NCBI GenBank assembly: GCA_944351375.1
Contig: CALVPN010000002.1
Span: 1-38,983, forward strand
Length of the DNA stretch: 38,983 bases
DNA from: an uncultured Bacilli bacterium
GTDB taxonomy: Bacteria; Bacillota_I; Bacilli_A; RF39; UBA660
Direction: 5' to 3'
The notes under the pieces were generated by a model, which saw only the letters and a program-made list of their open reading frames with translations, ran no database searches and was not told the DNA's origin. Below, in pieces: positions 38,274 through 38,983 of the stretch (position 1 is its first letter; each line of letters begins with the position of its first letter). Made by a program: the position numbers and the translations under genes.

Positions 38274-38983
38274 TATTTACGGTACTCAAAGTAAAAGTCT
38301 AATATTCTAACCATATCCCCATCAGTTGCACCCATCTTCTCAAGTTCTTCATCAATACCCATTTTTCTTAGTTTATTACTAAATCTTTTAATACCTTCAT
38401 CAGTAAACTTAGTCATTCTAAATAGTTTCTCTACCTTTTCTCCTTTAATTACAAAGTCTTCCCCTTCTTTTTCAATTGTAAAAGGCTTCTCTTCTTTAAA
38501 TTTATATAAGACATGAGATTCAAAAGCATCATCTTCATAAAGATTTTCTTCTTTTATAGTGTCTAATAAGTCACTTAAGTAATCTATCACTTCAGTAAGA
38601 CCATCGCTTGTAATAGCACTTATTTCAAAGATTTTCTTATCTTTAACTTTCTCTTTAAATTTAGCAAGGCTATCAATACTTCCTTCAATATCCATTTTAT
38701 TTGCAATTATCACCATAGGTTTAGTAAGTAGTTTTTTATTAAACTCTTCAAGTTCTTTATTAATTAAAACATAATCTAGATAAGGATCTCTTCCTTCAAT
38801 ACCAGCCATATCAATAACATGTAATATTACTCTAGTACGCTCTATATGTCTTAAGAATCTATCACCTAGTCCTTCTCCTTTACTTGCACCTTCTATTAAT
38901 CCAGGTAAATCGGCCATAACAAAAGTTTTACCGTTAGTAGCACGTACTACTCCAAGGTTTGGTTTTAAAGTTGTAAAGTGATA
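38273..38983 (-). CDS. obg: GTPase Obg, C-terminal two thirds (5' end outside window)
   Basis: The reading frame stays open to the window edge (YHFTTLKPNLGVVRATNGKTFVMADLPGLIEGAS...). Has the NKMD G4 motif and the Obg C-terminal (OCT) domain ...DGDMVRILDFYFEY. Confidence 0.92.
   Translation of the reverse strand, partial: YHFTTLKPNLGVVRATNGKTFVMADLPGLIEGASKGEGLGDRFLRHIERTRVILHVIDMAGIEGRDPYLDYVLINKELEEFNKKLLTKPMVIIANKMDIEGSIDSLAKFKEKVKDKKIFEISAITSDGLTEVIDYLSDLLDTIKEENLYEDDAFESHVLYKFKEEKPFTIEKEGEDFVIKGEKVEKLFRMTKFTDEGIKRFSNKLRKMGIDEELEKMGATDGDMVRILDFYFEYRK

Overview
AT-rich window from a low-GC Bacillota-type genome (standard genetic code) with 41 supported CDSs, 38 of them on the minus strand. 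Most are housekeeping genes: aspS (partial), hisS, efp, rpmG, tig, queA, ruvB, ruvA, yebC-family, dnaI, lon, hemW, tgt, trmD, rimM and obg (partial). There are also SpoVID-like and CotS/YsxE-like sporulation genes, two orphan prepilins and two Rpn/PD-(D/E)XK putative-transposase paralogs. I saw no rRNA, tRNA or CRISPR array. Four regions stand out. (1) A 630-aa secreted protein (10434..12326) has a TasA/SipW-type N-terminus and two divergent lectin-like modules. It carries two ~120-nt, GC-rich, almost identical cassettes whose differences fall almost only in codon positions 1-2 of AAY/NAC codons, while invariant codons avoid adenine. This is the signature of diversity-generating-retroelement (DGR) variable regions. 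No matching template repeat, Avd or DGR-type RT is in the window. Only a decayed third copy and a strong hairpin lie just 3' of the gene. (2) About 1 kb further downstream on the minus strand sits a compact, endonuclease-less group II intron (5' GTGCG, domain V, RT/maturase ORF), in the 5' leader of a PfkB kinase gene. (3) A ~240-nt fold-back element (36750..36987) encodes a 22-aa hydrophobic peptide with a sequestered SD and faces a near-consensus antisense promoter, which looks like a type I toxin-antitoxin. (4) Several unknown genes are embedded in conserved operons, including a three-gene cluster at 2025..6341 and an HExxH protein coupled to obg. All alignments and counts were done by eye and need computational confirmation.
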